Origin: Raja brachyura
Lineage: Eukaryota
Reading direction: 5' to 3'
DNA: 64,000 bases
Assembly: GCA_963514005.1 (NCBI GenBank)
Contig: OY740795.1
Span: forward strand, 1 to 64,000
The translations under genes were made by a program, and so were the position numbers. The notes beneath the pieces are model-generated. The model did not search any database. It worked only from the letters and a program-made list of their open reading frames with translations, and was not told the DNA's origin. This document shows, in pieces, positions 63,231-64,000 of the stretch (position 1 is the stretch's first letter; each line of letters begins with the position of its first letter).

Positions 63231-63450
63231 TTGACATCTAAGCATAAAAAATACTAGCAGCAGCATCGAACAACTCAACGGGTCGGGTAGCATCTGTGGA
63301 GGGTATGGACAATAGATATATAGAACTCTTCGTCGGCCTCTGTTTCCCTCAGTATTTAAATGTATGCATTTCATGCCAGGCTCTCGATGCTTTGGTATTA
63401 TCGGCGGTGGACAGTGTACTAACTATCAATTATCTTCTTCCCTCCTGCAA

Positions 63451-63960
63451 CTAACCTGGTTACAATTGCGGTTATCTCTAAAGGAAGGCGCAGCCTTGCG
63501 AAAGGTGTCACACTGTATTTGGTCTTAGTGCCGGTGGCGAATTTGTTTGGTCATTAACACCGCTGTGATATGAAGGCGGCTTCGGACGATTTATTTGCCA
63601 TTGTGTCTTGTCTACCACTCCATCCTGCAGTCTAGTTTTTAACCTGATGCTGGCTTTCCAAAGATACTTATGCATGGTTAACAGTTGAAATCACCTTAGA
63701 TCAGTTCATTGTCATTTGCTGCCAGAAGCTGAATAGTAGATATTGCACATAGAAGACGTCACCCATCGTTATAGGAAAAGTTTGAAAAATATTCCCTGGT
63801 ACTTTGAATACGAGCCCATGTAGCTCATTGATAACATGCCTTGGTTCTGCGGCTTGAAAGAAGCCAATGACACTCTAATTGCACGGAGAGTGGATGAATG
63901 GTCACACTGGATGTTGAACCCATGCGTTCCCTTGGTGATGCTTCTGATCCTAAACAGAAC
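63451..63960 (+). pseudogene. GPR139-like GPCR copy 4, decayed exon 2
   Basis: NLVTIAVISKGRRSLAKGVTLYLV..TLDQFIVICCQKLNSRYCT*..PWFC..EWSHWMLNPCVP. Acceptor reads tgcaa; several stops and frameshifts. Confidence 0.85.
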
Positions 63961-64000
63961 GACCTCTAGATAGAAAACTGGACAAAATCCGTTATTTTAC

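Noticed and set aside
1-64000. D, J or constant-region exons; IgH-like or NAR-type V segments
   Set aside because: I found no convincing 12-RSS with FGxG and no C1 domain. All clear V genes have 23-RSS and TCR-like frameworks; alpha versus delta cannot be decided from this window.

Overview
Eukaryotic DNA, very probably from a cartilaginous fish: the SINE, CR1 and Penelope repeat sequences are skate/ray-like. The window is part of a T-cell receptor alpha/delta-type variable (V) segment array. I can support 8 V genes, each with a leader exon and a V exon, most ending in a 23-bp-spacer RSS. Four look intact (6535-9888 +, 29834-30310 -, 49987-50782 +, 60830-62008 -). One has an intact V exon but a broken leader splice donor, and three are pseudogenes. 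They fall into at least four V families and lie on both strands. Interleaved among them are four paralogous two-exon GPR139-like class A GPCR genes: one intact, one with a mutated donor site and two pseudogenes. Three of the four sit head-to-head with an intact V gene, which is the most unusual feature of the window. The rest is repeat-rich: many CR1 LINE fragments, a young 5'-truncated Rex1/Babar LINE, one full-length but mutated DIRS1-type retroelement plus a second DIRS 3' end, Penelope-like fragments with hammerhead-like motifs, and tRNA-derived SINEs. Also present are two tRNA-Thr(CGT) copies, a roughly 8-kb tandem duplication, several inverted repeats and a 185-N assembly gap. All coordinates were read by eye; no database searches were run.
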